From: a virus
Direction: 5' to 3' (one strand)
IMG/VR virus record: IMGVR_UViG_3300045988_081431
Span: 3,220 to 67,219 of that record
Length of the DNA stretch: 64,000 nt
Shown piece by piece: positions 9,419 through 20,580 of this stretch. Position 1 is the stretch's first letter. Every line of letters starts with the position of its first letter. The translations under genes and the position numbers were made by a program. Below the pieces are notes generated by a model. That model saw nothing but the letters and a program-made list of their open reading frames with translations, was not told the origin of the DNA and did no database searches.

Positions 9419-12400
9419 ATGGCTAATAAAAAATTCGGATATGACATAAAGGTCAATTATGGCAATATTCATGATGATACCAAAAAGGTTATATCTGGTC
9501 TTAATGAACTTGACAAAGCAATCGGTCGCCTAAAGAATGTCAAGGATATTTCCATTAATGTTAAAGCAGGTGGCGACCAATTCAAGAAATTAACTGAGTA
9601 TGCCGCACAACTCGATAGAAGTCTTAAAACCGCATCCGATAGCGGTGATAAACTAACTGGGTCACTTGGGCGTGTGGTATCTCAGTTCTCAAACGTGCGT
9701 GATATGACTAAGGGTGTATCCAAAGAAGTCACCGATGCATCTCGCAACATTGAAAAACTTGGGCAAGCACTACAACGGTCAACTACAGTTGCCAAGGAGC
9801 AATCTTTTGCTGGACAAATTGCGAACCTAAAGAGGCAAGCTGAAGAAAACTATAAGCAAAACTTTACTGCTAATCCAATGGCTTACGCACAAAATGCAAG
9901 AGCATTAAACGCAGAACTACAAAAGTTATATCAAGCACAAAAAGCCGTAAACTTGGCAACAAGAGAAAACATTGGTTTGTTAAAACAATGGGGCATCGAC
10001 ACAGAAAACGTAGGTCATAGACTTGGTTATCTTGCAACACGAATGGTTGCATCATTCGCCCTAGATAAGACTATCCAAAGTTTCACACAAATGGCACATG
10101 TCGAAAAAGATATGGCTGGTTTTGCCCAAGTTATGAAACATGGCACAGGTCAAACTAATGCTTTCGCACGTAGTCTCATGGAAGTTGACCCATCGCATAT
10201 GGTCAACGGTCTTCAACTGTCAGGGAAAGAGGCAGAACACTTCAAGCATGAACTTGAGGAAATGCAAAGCAAGTTGCAATCTCTTGCCGTTAAATACGGT
10301 ACAACAAGTCATGAAATGATTGAGTCTGCCAAACTATGGGGTCGTGCGTATAAAGATAACAATACTGTTCTTGCGTTGACAGATGCAGCCACAAAACTTG
10401 CGGTTGCCGATGCGTTCGACATTGTATCTGCCAATAAAGCACTTGAGTCTTCAATCATGCAATGGGGTTTCCAAATCCACAATGCTAATGATGCTATGAG
10501 TGTTTCAAACCGCATTATTGACTCATGGACTGCATTGGCTCATAACTATACGGTTTCTGCACAGACATTATCCGAGGCTAACAAACGTATGGCACAATCT
10601 GCCGCCGAAGTTGGTGTATCTTTCCATTCTGCACAAGCACTTGTTGCGGTTATGGCACGTAAGACACAAGCCGAGGGTGGTGAAATCGGTAACGCCTTGA
10701 AATCAATCTTTGGTTCTATCCACTCTAAAAAAGCAATTACTGCATTACAAGAGTTTGGTATCGAGGTGTATAAAGTCGGTGAAAACGGTGAGAAATCATT
10801 CCGTAAAGTTGACGATGTATTGCTTGATTTAATGATTAAGGCTCAAGGCTCAAAGGAATCCATGGAGGGTCTTCTCAAGGCAATCTCTGGTGGTAAATGG
10901 CAATGGAATAAAGCCGATGCCATGTTAGACCTGAACGAATACCTCGAGGCATTAAAACAATCGTCTTCTTCTATGGGTTTCACCAATGCTCAAGTTGGTA
11001 TGCAATTAGATACCATTGAAACAAAACTCAAACAAGTGTCTGCTCAATGGGAGAAAATGACCTCTAGTAGCCATACTATGGGTAAAGCCTTTAAGGGTGC
11101 ATTAGATATTACCTTAAAGTTGTTGCAATGGCTTGACTCTGTTCCAACCTCAATGTATACAATCGTTGGTGCAACGGTTGCAGCCTTGATTGTCCAACGT
11201 AGATACGGTCAAGTCAGCCAATTTGTACTTAAGAATGTTTCTCGGTTGTGGTCTACGGCTACAACACATGTCAATAAATACATTGTTGCCGCACAAGAGG
11301 CATCTGTTGCGACAAGTGGTGTTGGTCGTGCTATGGCTACAACAAGTGGTGCAATCCGTGGTGTTGGTTCTGGCTTGAAAATGATGGCTGGTGGATGGCT
11401 TGGTATTGTTATGACACTTGCTTTGGTTGCAGATGTATTGATGGATATTTACAATGCATCTCAAGACACAACCAAGGCTTTGTATGAGGATTATTCTACT
11501 CATCAAAAACTTGCTCAACAATACGAAGAAACCGCATCTCGTATGGAAGAAGCCAGAGGTGTCGCAGAACAATATCTAACTATTCATGCACGACTAAAAG
11601 AAAAGATTGCTGATACTGCAACAACAGAACAAGAACGTATGTTGTTACAAAACCAAATACATGAGACTGAACAAGGTCTTATTGCAATACTTGGCGAAGA
11701 AGAAACTGCTTATGTGCTTGCCGCAGATAGTGCAGAAGAACAAAGCCAAAGAGCACAAAATGCGATTACACGCAAGAAAGAAGAACTTGAGAAGTCTGCT
11801 CAAGATGAACGTGCGGCAATCGCTGAGACTGCAAACCAATTAAGAGCGGCAACCAAAGAAAACATCGAGTCTCTAAAGAGTGAAGAAACTGGATGGATTA
11901 GACGGATGGCGTTGCTTCAAGAGTATATTGGTTGGGTTGGTCTTGCCCAACTTGCTTATGCCAAACTATTGCAGATTATCGGTGAATGGAAAGAAAAACG
12001 TGCGACCGCCAAGATTGACGAGTTAAAGAAACAACTTGAGGAAGATAAAGCCGAAGCCGAAGCAAGACGAGCAGAGGGTGACCTGCAAGGTGCACAAGCG
12101 TTTGAAAACAGAGCATCTGACTTAGAGCGACAAATGCACATCTCTCAAGAGTCTCTGTCAATGGCTCAACAATGGCAATCCGAGGCTCAAGATGTGATTG
12201 CGAAACTTAATGCACGAGCGATTGCAAACATTAAAGTTGAACAAGCGGAAAAACTAAATGAGTTAAACATGACTTCAAGTTCAGGTCATGCAGGCGGTGG
12301 TGCTATCGGTGGTGGTAACACAGGTGATTACGCTCGTAGTGAACTGCCTGATGGTGCTGGCGAAGAATCCAAGGGTAAAAAGGGTAAGTCCTCAAGTAAA

Positions 12401-14395
12401 CAGAAAAACCCTTTAGCGGAAACACGAGTTGGTGCAGCCATTGACTTCTTGATAAAGCAGGGTTTTACACCAAACCAAGCATATGGTATCGTTGGGAATC
12501 TACAAGTTGAATCCTTTGATGATATTAGACCATGGGCAGAAGACGGTACAGGTGCTTATGGTATTGCTCAATGGCAAGATAGTCGGTTAGAAGACTTGAA
12601 AGAGTTCGCAAGAGAAAACGGTTCGGATTATACTGCATTTGAAACACAACTTGCGTTCCTTGTGCATGAGTTGCAACATAAAGAACGTGATAATTGGCAA
12701 AAGGTTCTTCGAGATGCCGTTAATAATACTCCAGAAGAATACGCATCATACTTCGATAAACACGTTGAACGGTCTTCTCAAGAACATAACTGGTTAAGAC
12801 AACAAAAGGCTCGTGCTCTTGCTGATAACGGTTATGGCGATGAGGATAAAACCGCTGATAATCGTGCGAACAAAATCATGGACAAGCAAAAGAAGATTGA
12901 GAGTATTGCTCTGAAGCTGGCTAAGACTCAACTTGAGATGGAAAATGCCATGAAGCCAAAAGAACAGGCTGACTTCGCACAAGAGACTGCGGCTTTAACC
13001 GAAAAGTTAAAGAGCATGCAAAAAGAGATTGATGAGTTATTAAAACTCAATCCTCAAGCCAATGTCAAGAGTCTTCAAGAGACCATGAAAAAGTATGAGG
13101 CAACTATGACTCATCGTCTTCAAGATAAGTATCGTGATAAAGACTATGACGAAGCCACACAAATGATGAAAGACCGTCATGAAAACGAAGACTTAGACCG
13201 TGAGATTGCAGGCATATCTGAAAACTTCTGGGTATCTGACTTACGAACAGTCAACCGCTTGGTTGAAGAATACACAATCAAAACCAAGAAATACCATGAT
13301 ATGGTTGAGGCTTTTAAACGTGGTGACTCTGAATATACCGAGGCTGACATTCGTAAGACTGGTCTTGAGCTCAAGAAGCTAGAGAGTCAAATCAAGAAAA
13401 CAGGCAATGCACTTAACAAGAACATCAAGCAACAAACGCACGATGTATTCCATGGTTTACTGTTTGAGGGTAAAAAGTTTAAAGACATTTGGAAAGACTT
13501 GTGGAAACAACTTGCCGAAGATGCTTTGAAAATGATATTCAAAATCAATGATGGCAACGGCGGCTTATTCCAAAATCTGTTACGCAAGTTTGACAAGAAC
13601 TATCAAAAGGGCATTAACCCATCGCTAGACGGCAACGGTAAAAACGGCAATAATATCGGTGGTATTGACGAGAGTCTTAACCAACAAATGATGATTGCTC
13701 AGTCTACACGCAACTTAGACCAAAACTTTGCCACATGGATGCAAAACACTCAGGGCGGTACATCATGGCAACAAGCGACATTTACCGATGCTGTAATCTA
13801 TGGTAATGTCCAAGGCGGTGCATCCGATGTTAACTTGCCTGAAAACGCTACAGATGAAAAAGGTAAAACCGATGTATCTCAATACATTAACGCTGGTATG
13901 AAACTTGCTGGTGGTACTAATAACAAGTGGTTGAATGGTCTCGGTACAATCGCTGGTTTTGCTCAAAAGTTTGGTCTATTGAAGTTCGCAAGTGGTGGTT
14001 CTGTAGATAAAGACCAACTTGTCCGTGTTGGTGAGGGCGACAAGAAAGAATGGATTATTCCAACTGCTGATAAGGCACGTGGTCGCCAATTATTAAATCA
14101 AGCGGCAAAAGACCTTGGCGTTGGTGTCACAAACGGTATCGAACCGAAGTGGCAACACGAAGACACCAAGCATGGAGCATTGTCAGATGCATCCAAAAGA
14201 CAAGACCGCTTGATGAACCAAATGGTTGCCAATACGACTGCTATGACAAAAGGTATGAACTATATGGCAAACGGTGGTTCTGGTACGAAAGAGTCTATCG
14301 CTCAACCTGTGTTTATGAAACAAACGCTTTCAGACCAAGACTTCTTGGCTAAGTACCAAAAACTGATTGCTCTTGGAAAGTTAAAACATTCATAA
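9419..14395 (+). CDS. tape measure protein with internal lysozyme-like (phage tail lysozyme) domain
   Basis: 1658 aa, helical and coiled-coil-rich with internal TM-like segments. The motif block AIDFLIKQGFTPNQAYGIVGNLQVES...GAYGIAQWQDSRL lies at about nt 12436-12720. Confidence 0.9.
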   Translation: MANKKFGYDIKVNYGNIHDDTKKVISGLNELDKAIGRLKNVKDISINVKAGGDQFKKLTEYAAQLDRSLKTASDSGDKLTGSLGRVVSQFSNVRDMTKGVSKEVTDASRNIEKLGQALQRSTTVAKEQSFAGQIANLKRQAEENYKQNFTANPMAYAQNARALNAELQKLYQAQKAVNLATRENIGLLKQWGIDTENVGHRLGYLATRMVASFALDKTIQSFTQMAHVEKDMAGFAQVMKHGTGQTNAFARSLMEVDPSHMVNGLQLSGKEAEHFKHELEEMQSKLQSLAVKYGTTSHEMIESAKLWGRAYKDNNTVLALTDAATKLAVADAFDIVSANKALESSIMQWGFQIHNANDAMSVSNRIIDSWTALAHNYTVSAQTLSEANKRMAQSAAEVGVSFHSAQALVAVMARKTQAEGGEIGNALKSIFGSIHSKKAITALQEFGIEVYKVGENGEKSFRKVDDVLLDLMIKAQGSKESMEGLLKAISGGKWQWNKADAMLDLNEYLEALKQSSSSMGFTNAQVGMQLDTIETKLKQVSAQWEKMTSSSHTMGKAFKGALDITLKLLQWLDSVPTSMYTIVGATVAALIVQRRYGQVSQFVLKNVSRLWSTATTHVNKYIVAAQEASVATSGVGRAMATTSGAIRGVGSGLKMMAGGWLGIVMTLALVADVLMDIYNASQDTTKALYEDYSTHQKLAQQYEETASRMEEARGVAEQYLTIHARLKEKIADTATTEQERMLLQNQIHETEQGLIAILGEEETAYVLAADSAEEQSQRAQNAITRKKEELEKSAQDERAAIAETANQLRAATKENIESLKSEETGWIRRMALLQEYIGWVGLAQLAYAKLLQIIGEWKEKRATAKIDELKKQLEEDKAEAEARRAEGDLQGAQAFENRASDLERQMHISQESLSMAQQWQSEAQDVIAKLNARAIANIKVEQAEKLNELNMTSSSGHAGGGAIGGGNTGDYARSELPDGAGEESKGKKGKSSSKQKNPLAETRVGAAIDFLIKQGFTPNQAYGIVGNLQVESFDDIRPWAEDGTGAYGIAQWQDSRLEDLKEFARENGSDYTAFETQLAFLVHELQHKERDNWQKVLRDAVNNTPEEYASYFDKHVERSSQEHNWLRQQKARALADNGYGDEDKTADNRANKIMDKQKKIESIALKLAKTQLEMENAMKPKEQADFAQETAALTEKLKSMQKEIDELLKLNPQANVKSLQETMKKYEATMTHRLQDKYRDKDYDEATQMMKDRHENEDLDREIAGISENFWVSDLRTVNRLVEEYTIKTKKYHDMVEAFKRGDSEYTEADIRKTGLELKKLESQIKKTGNALNKNIKQQTHDVFHGLLFEGKKFKDIWKDLWKQLAEDALKMIFKINDGNGGLFQNLLRKFDKNYQKGINPSLDGNGKNGNNIGGIDESLNQQMMIAQSTRNLDQNFATWMQNTQGGTSWQQATFTDAVIYGNVQGGASDVNLPENATDEKGKTDVSQYINAGMKLAGGTNNKWLNGLGTIAGFAQKFGLLKFASGGSVDKDQLVRVGEGDKKEWIIPTADKARGRQLLNQAAKDLGVGVTNGIEPKWQHEDTKHGALSDASKRQDRLMNQMVANTTAMTKGMNYMANGGSGTKESIAQPVFMKQTLSDQDFLAKYQKLIALGKLKHS

Positions 14396-14431
14396 AATCC
14401 TGTTACAAAAACGGATTGTTTTATACTATAG

Positions 14432-14462
14432 ATAGAGGGGTATTCACCCCTCTATCATTTTT
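14432..14462 (+). terminator. intrinsic terminator after tape measure gene
   Basis: 9-bp stem ATAGAGGGG/CCCCTCTAT, 6-nt loop, then CATTTTT. Confidence 0.65.
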
Positions 14463-14476
14463 ACTATGGAGGTCAT

Positions 14477-14896
14477 ATGGAAGACATAACAAAATACCTT
14501 GGGTTGAAATATGGCTTTGATAAATCAAAAGGTCAATACCATTGTGCTGACATATGCAGAATGTGGTATAAAGACCATGGATATACATATTGTTTTGACG
14601 ATGGGAAGAAAGACCCTGTGTCGTGTGAAGATTTTCACAAGAACCATCAAATGAGACTTTTGAGATATTTATTGAAACATTTTGATAAAGTCAGAGATGC
14701 GAATGATTTACAACATGGAGATGTTGTGGTGTTCAATGTTGATGGTGATTTACACACAGGTATTTATTTACAGGGAGGACAAATATTGGCGATGCAAGTT
14801 CCTTGTGTCACAGATAAGTCATTATCTGCCGTATTCAAACGCAGTTATTGGCAACCTTTGTTCTACTGTGGTTTCCGTCAAGAAAGGAATAACTAA
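14477..14896 (+). CDS. NlpC/P60-family peptidase-like tail protein (gpK-like)
   Basis: GGAGG SD. Candidate Cys (YHCADICRMWY) and downstream His (DLHTGIYL) have spacing typical of the NlpC/P60 catalytic pair. The gene sits in the tail-tip module. Confidence 0.6.
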   Translation: MEDITKYLGLKYGFDKSKGQYHCADICRMWYKDHGYTYCFDDGKKDPVSCEDFHKNHQMRLLRYLLKHFDKVRDANDLQHGDVVVFNVDGDLHTGIYLQGGQILAMQVPCVTDKSLSAVFKRSYWQPLFYCGFRQERNN

Positions 14897-15270
14897 TGGC
14901 ACAATTACCAAAGTTTCCTTTGCCGTATATCTTCGAGGTTGAAAAAGGTCTTAAGTTCGCCACACAAGAGGTTGTCTTTGCAAGTGGTAAAAAACAAGTG
15001 AGACAAAATGCGGTCACACCTGTGAGAACTTGGAATATTAGCTTGCGTGGAACAACAGAGCAACAAAAGATATTTGAAGACTTTTGTGAAACCGTTGGTG
15101 GTAACACAAGACATTTTGTGTTTACCGATGAGTTTGGCAAAGACCAAATCTGCCGTTTCGCAACCAACGAGTTCAACCTGAAAGTGTTACGAGACTTTAC
15201 TGTGGAGAATGGTACTCACGGTAATGCCGTTGGTTTTACGGCGAATGTACAAATTGAAAAAGTAATCTAA
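14896..15270 (+). CDS. minor tail protein (gpM-like, by size and position)
   Basis: TAATG overlap with the upstream gene; 124 aa, immediately before the gpL-like gene. Confidence 0.5.
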   Translation: MAQLPKFPLPYIFEVEKGLKFATQEVVFASGKKQVRQNAVTPVRTWNISLRGTTEQQKIFEDFCETVGGNTRHFVFTDEFGKDQICRFATNEFNLKVLRDFTVENGTHGNAVGFTANVQIEKVI

Positions 15271-15281
15271 CAGGAGGATAT

Positions 15282-16100
15282 ATGATTAATCTACCTGTTG
15301 CGTTTCGTGATGCCATAGAGAGCGGTTCGGTGTTTGACATCGAATTATACGAAGTGCATATTCCAAACATGACATTATATTTATGTTCATGTGATATAAA
15401 TATACAATTCAACGGTCATACATACTTGGCGTTACCGATACGCCGAGGTGAGATTAATAAAACCGTTGACAGTTCTATCGACTCATGCGATTTAGAAATC
15501 TCTAATGCTACTGATAAGTTTACTCAACTGTTATTCAAGGGTATACCATTCACAGGTAGTCGCATCTATATCTACAGGATATTATATCCTGAGTCTCTTG
15601 CGAATAACCGATTGGTTAAACCTGTGTTTATGGGTCGAGTTGACTCACCAGAATTAACAAATGATGGCATCTTTAAGGTAACAGTCACAAGCGATGTTCC
15701 TAATGTGCGTGGCGGTCGTAGAACACAATACTCTTGCACATCTGTATTCGGCGATGCATCATGTAAAGCCGAAGTTAAAAAGATGCAACCAACGATTACA
15801 AACATACAACAAACAAGCAACGGATATGAAGTTACGTTAAATGCTGTTGTATCAGAACAAGATTACACCAATGGAGTATTAATCGTTGAGGGTGAAGCAA
15901 GAAAAATCGTTGGTTTTATCACCAACAAGACAATCAAATTAGAATATCCGCTGTTACAAGCGACAAATTATTTATTAAACAAACAATGTACGATACAAGC
16001 TGGGTGTGACAAAACACCATCTGACTGCAAACGACATAACAACCAAAAACGATATGCAGGATTCTTGTCCGTACCATTTGAATTTACAGTCAGAACATAG
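15282..16100 (+). CDS. minor tail protein, gpL / DUF2163-BR0599-like
   Basis: AGGAGG SD. The C-terminal Cys cluster CTIQAGCDKTPSDCKRHNNQKRYAGFLSVP resembles the gpL/BR0599 C-terminal motif. Confidence 0.6.
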   Translation: MINLPVAFRDAIESGSVFDIELYEVHIPNMTLYLCSCDINIQFNGHTYLALPIRRGEINKTVDSSIDSCDLEISNATDKFTQLLFKGIPFTGSRIYIYRILYPESLANNRLVKPVFMGRVDSPELTNDGIFKVTVTSDVPNVRGGRRTQYSCTSVFGDASCKAEVKKMQPTITNIQQTSNGYEVTLNAVVSEQDYTNGVLIVEGEARKIVGFITNKTIKLEYPLLQATNYLLNKQCTIQAGCDKTPSDCKRHNNQKRYAGFLSVPFEFTVRT

Positions 16101-16114
16101 AAAGCAGGTGACAT

Positions 16115-19100
16115 ATGGGTAAAGGCGGAGGCAAAGGCGGTAAAGGTCGTGTCGGTAAATTCCTTGGGATTGCCGTTGGTATTGCCTTTGGTTTTGGTGC
16201 TGGTGCTTGGGGTTTCCTAGGAACGATGAAAGCATTTACCGCAGCCATGTACGGTCTCTCTCTTGGTTCTGCTATTGGTGGTCTGTTTGATAAACAAAAG
16301 AACAATACACCAGAGTCTACGTTTGACTCTAAGAACAACCAAGTAACATCTGAGGGTACAATCCCAATTATTTACGGACAGTCTAAGGCTGGTGGTTTAC
16401 AAACGTATCACCACATGGATGTTGACGGTCGTAAACTGTTGAAGCATGTTATCGTTGGTGAGGGTGAAATCGATGGTTTCTTTGGTGCGACTGCCAATGG
16501 ATATTTACTGCCGATTAAAACAGGCGATACCGTCAATACAAAGGTTAAAATCTTTGGTATTCGCAATAATAAATGGCAAGATGCGACTGTTCAAGTAAGT
16601 GCTGGTACTGCACCAGCAAAAGGCTTTAGAGGGTTAATCCAATTACCATCTACTAGCCAGCAATCTATTTATCAAGACGACATTAATTATAAAGACTTTA
16701 ATAAATACCCTAAGTTGGTACTCAAGGCAAACGGCAAAGAAACATATATTTTCTTAACCGAAGATAACACCAAGATTGACGATAAGTACTCTCTTGCTTG
16801 TAATACATTCGGTAAAGTCTATCAGATTATCTTGGGCGACACATATCTATCTGACTTGCAAAAAGACGGATGGGAATTAGTAGACCCTGTAATCTGTCAA
16901 GACTCACCAAACAAAATACAAACCACAGAGGTAATGCCTTGTTATAAACGAGATATATTCTTTACGACAAACGGCGACCAAGATGCTAAAAAGAGTACTG
17001 TGGTATTGCACGAGGGTCAAGCCGATGCAGAAGCACCAAGCACATACAGAACAACAGGTGGTTATCCGAATATTGCTTATATGGTCGCAGACCTAAGATA
17101 TACCGATAAAATGGGTGCAGGCAATCCAACGATTACTGCTATTGTTCGAGGTCGCAAGGTCTACGATTGGCGTACAGGTAAGACTGAATACTCTAAAAAC
17201 CCAGCTGTGTGTCTATATGACTACTTGACAAATAATGTCTATGGTGCTGGCAAGTATATCACTCCAGAGGTTCTTGACCTTGAGTCATTTACTGATGTTG
17301 CAAACTATTGTGACGAAGTAATTACCTATGATGACCCTTATGGGGTAACGAAGTCAGAAAAACGATATGAACTTGATATAATTCTAAATGAAACAAAATC
17401 TCACTTAGAAAACATTCAGTCAATCTTAAATTCATTCCTTGGTTTCATTGTGTTCTCAAACAATAAAATCAAACTACGGTGTGAACGATTAGAAACACCT
17501 GTGTATGTGTTTAACGATGATAATATCGTTGAAAACTCTTTGTCGTACAAAGGTGCATCAATTGAACAGAGTCCAAACAAGTTTAATCTGACTTATGTTG
17601 AACCTGCATTGGATTATACTGCGGTTAAATTAATCGTAGAAGATGCAACTAACCAATTACCACCACCGATTGGCATTGGTAGACCTGTTGAACAAGACAT
17701 TGAGTTTAAGGGTGTCCGCAGACAAACCCAATGTTTGCGACTTGGGAAGATTGCACGAGACATCATTCGCTTGTGTCCGATTACTGTCACATTCAAGACA
17801 GGTCTTATGGCTTCTCATCTTGAGGCTGGCGATGTCGTAACAATCACAAAAACATTCATTGATGAAAATGGCGAAAAACAAACCTTGTTTGAAAACCAAC
17901 AAGTGCGTATCGTTGAAATGAAAGAAGAAGACGGTACGTTTGAAATTTCTGCCAAACAATACAACCCATCAATTTATGATGATGCCTTTGGTGCATCTCT
18001 TAAAGTATTCGCTCCAACAGGAGACAACTCAAAAGAGATTAACTTAATACCTGAGACTGTTAAACCTGTTGAGAATATTTCTGTTGAACAAGTGTATCGT
18101 CAACGTGTCAACGGTGTTCCGACTTATGATGCTGTTCTGAATTTTACAGAGCCAGACGACATCAATTATGGGTATGCTCAAGTATCTGTTCAGATTGAAC
18201 GCAACGGTGTACTCGGTGACTGGAAAGTCTATGGTGCAACACATGGTATCATGCCTGTGATTGGTCTACAACGGAACGACAAAGTACACTTCCGAATTAT
18301 ACCATACGACTCTAAAGACTTACCTCATGAAGAATCCATGGTGACATACACACACACGATTGTTCCAAAGATTGGCAATCCATCTGCTCCAACGAATGTT
18401 AATATTCGTTTTACAGATGTGGCAACCATTTCATGGAAACGTGTGACAACTGCTGATATAGACCGCTATGAGGTTCGCTCATCTGAGTCTTTGACTGCTG
18501 ACAATCTATTGTTAATGACATCGGAAATCAGCGGTGAGATTGACTTAACACGAATTGGTCGTAGTGGTACTGTATGGGTGTATGCAGTTAATTCCGAGGA
18601 AATCTATAGTGCTCCAACCAAGTATGGATACAATGTTAAAAAACCAACTGCACCTGCGGTGACGACAAAAGCCTTTATGCAATCCTTTAGAGTTACATAC
18701 GGAGACATTCCAAAGGGATGCACGGCAGTTGTGCGTATAGATAACAAAGATTATAAAACTAAAGATACATTGTTTGTATACAATGAAACAAACGGTCTAT
18801 TCAATGTGTCAGTTGCGTTTGAAGACTACTTTGGTCTTGGCGATTTTTCAGAAAAACAAATGGTTGAAATCGTTGCGACAATTCCACAAGAAATGCTTGA
18901 TAAGGAATCCTTGGGTATTAACGCAATCAACAAACATTTGGAAAACATTGACAAAACAACCGTTAATCTTGACAGAAAAATAGATGTTAAAGCTGGTGAA
19001 ATAACACAGACTGCCAAGGATTATGCTGATACTAAGGTAAGAGCATTAGATGGCACAGTTCAGTCTCAAATCACTCAGTTCTCTAATGCTATTCAATCTA

Positions 19101-20575
19101 AGGTTTCCTCGTTGGAGAAAGTCAATGATGTTACCTCTAGCTATGCACGAGCGATGCTTGCGATTTCTCATGCACCACAACTTATGAGAGACCCTGTGTT
19201 TAAGTCCGAACTAGAACTTGACTTATATACAAAAGACGGTCAACAGATTACCCAACGGTTTGGTGCAGCCAATGCGATTTATGATGATATTGTCACAGGT
19301 GGTCGCATGGTTGGTTTATCCATGGGTAATAACATCTATAGTTCCATTGGTTACGGTGGTTTTAAACTTAAGCCAAAACAACAATCGTTATCAGGTAAGT
19401 TAAATGGCACTTATATTGTCCGTATGGTTGCTAAGGTTAAACCATCAATGACTATTCATTTGAATAACAATGATATTGGTAACGGTGGTACAAGCGGATG
19501 GCTGACCGACAATACAGGTACAGACAAACCAGAAGAATACGTCTTCTATTGGAAGTACGGTAAATCTTGGAATGGTACAGATGCAAACAATCGTGAGTGC
19601 GGTTATGTGTATTTTAAAGACAAGTCAGGTCGTAGTGTCAACCCAAACTTCATCGCTTGGATTTACAAAATTGAGGTCTATGCGATTGATGAATACGACA
19701 ATTCTCTTGCGACTGTGCAATCGTCTATTACACAACTGGCAAGCAGCATCGATGCCAAGGTTCAAAATCTACAGTCTGGATTGTCAACACGTATCACCCA
19801 GCTAGACAACGCAATCAAATCTCAAGTACTGTCTGGTGATAAAGTCATGAGTGCTATCACGCAATATACAGGTGGTACACGCATTGATGGCAAACTGTTG
19901 CATGTCACAGGTCTTACCAAGTTTGATGACGACATTATTACTGACAAGATGCTTAAGGCAAATTCTGTTACCGCTGACAAAATCAAGGCTGACTCTTTAA
20001 GTGCCATTAGTGCAACCCTTGGGGATGTCCGCAGTGGTACAATCACAAGTGCAACCATTAGAAACGAGAACGGAACATTCTCTGTAGACCCAAATGGCAA
20101 TATCCGTGGTGCGAATATCACAGGCTCCACAATCAGTGCAGACTCCATTGTTAACGCTGGCTTTAAAGTCAAGAATATTGACTATGCGGTATTAACTGTG
20201 GCTCACGGTCAAGATATACCAGCGATTGGCAATTATAGTGTCAACGAATGTACATTTGTTCCGCTTGGGTATAACTTTACGGAAACTCACTCAAGAGACC
20301 AAAGCACTAGACAAGGTAGAGATACTTGGTCAAATCTTCAGCGGAGAAAGATTGATAGATGCACGATATATTTACAAGGTCAACAACCATGGGTATATAA
20401 TAGATATGGAGCGAGAAACTTAAAATCATTGGTTGGACTAAACGGACGAAAAGCCGTATGTCAATCCGAATGGGATGTCTATTGGGCATCTGGTGGCGAC
20501 AATGGTAATGACCATACGAATGAATTTGTCTCATTCGGTGTAATCTATGTTCTCGTGATTGGCAAGAAAGGGTAA
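16115..20575 (+). CDS. host-specificity / central tail fibre protein (gpJ-like) with gpI-like Gly-rich hydrophobic N-terminus
   Basis: 1486 aa. Contains the NPAVCLYDYLTNNVYGAGKYI motif (gpJ Phage-tail_3-like), an FN3-like segment (PSAPTNVNIRFTDVATISWKRV...YEVRSS) and C-terminal fibre-like heptad repeats. The N-terminal 60 aa are GKGGGKGGKG followed by a G/A-rich hydrophobic stretch. Confidence 0.8.
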   Translation: MGKGGGKGGKGRVGKFLGIAVGIAFGFGAGAWGFLGTMKAFTAAMYGLSLGSAIGGLFDKQKNNTPESTFDSKNNQVTSEGTIPIIYGQSKAGGLQTYHHMDVDGRKLLKHVIVGEGEIDGFFGATANGYLLPIKTGDTVNTKVKIFGIRNNKWQDATVQVSAGTAPAKGFRGLIQLPSTSQQSIYQDDINYKDFNKYPKLVLKANGKETYIFLTEDNTKIDDKYSLACNTFGKVYQIILGDTYLSDLQKDGWELVDPVICQDSPNKIQTTEVMPCYKRDIFFTTNGDQDAKKSTVVLHEGQADAEAPSTYRTTGGYPNIAYMVADLRYTDKMGAGNPTITAIVRGRKVYDWRTGKTEYSKNPAVCLYDYLTNNVYGAGKYITPEVLDLESFTDVANYCDEVITYDDPYGVTKSEKRYELDIILNETKSHLENIQSILNSFLGFIVFSNNKIKLRCERLETPVYVFNDDNIVENSLSYKGASIEQSPNKFNLTYVEPALDYTAVKLIVEDATNQLPPPIGIGRPVEQDIEFKGVRRQTQCLRLGKIARDIIRLCPITVTFKTGLMASHLEAGDVVTITKTFIDENGEKQTLFENQQVRIVEMKEEDGTFEISAKQYNPSIYDDAFGASLKVFAPTGDNSKEINLIPETVKPVENISVEQVYRQRVNGVPTYDAVLNFTEPDDINYGYAQVSVQIERNGVLGDWKVYGATHGIMPVIGLQRNDKVHFRIIPYDSKDLPHEESMVTYTHTIVPKIGNPSAPTNVNIRFTDVATISWKRVTTADIDRYEVRSSESLTADNLLLMTSEISGEIDLTRIGRSGTVWVYAVNSEEIYSAPTKYGYNVKKPTAPAVTTKAFMQSFRVTYGDIPKGCTAVVRIDNKDYKTKDTLFVYNETNGLFNVSVAFEDYFGLGDFSEKQMVEIVATIPQEMLDKESLGINAINKHLENIDKTTVNLDRKIDVKAGEITQTAKDYADTKVRALDGTVQSQITQFSNAIQSKVSSLEKVNDVTSSYARAMLAISHAPQLMRDPVFKSELELDLYTKDGQQITQRFGAANAIYDDIVTGGRMVGLSMGNNIYSSIGYGGFKLKPKQQSLSGKLNGTYIVRMVAKVKPSMTIHLNNNDIGNGGTSGWLTDNTGTDKPEEYVFYWKYGKSWNGTDANNRECGYVYFKDKSGRSVNPNFIAWIYKIEVYAIDEYDNSLATVQSSITQLASSIDAKVQNLQSGLSTRITQLDNAIKSQVLSGDKVMSAITQYTGGTRIDGKLLHVTGLTKFDDDIITDKMLKANSVTADKIKADSLSAISATLGDVRSGTITSATIRNENGTFSVDPNGNIRGANITGSTISADSIVNAGFKVKNIDYAVLTVAHGQDIPAIGNYSVNECTFVPLGYNFTETHSRDQSTRQGRDTWSNLQRRKIDRCTIYLQGQQPWVYNRYGARNLKSLVGLNGRKAVCQSEWDVYWASGGDNGNDHTNEFVSFGVIYVLVIGKKG

Positions 20576-20580
20576 AACAT

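Noticed and set aside
3005-20534. Many antisense or alternative-frame ORFs (60-140 aa) nested inside the portal, scaffold, capsid, tape measure and gpJ-like genes
   Set aside because: They are fully embedded in long, well-supported genes, lack SD sites, and have skewed composition typical of shadow ORFs.
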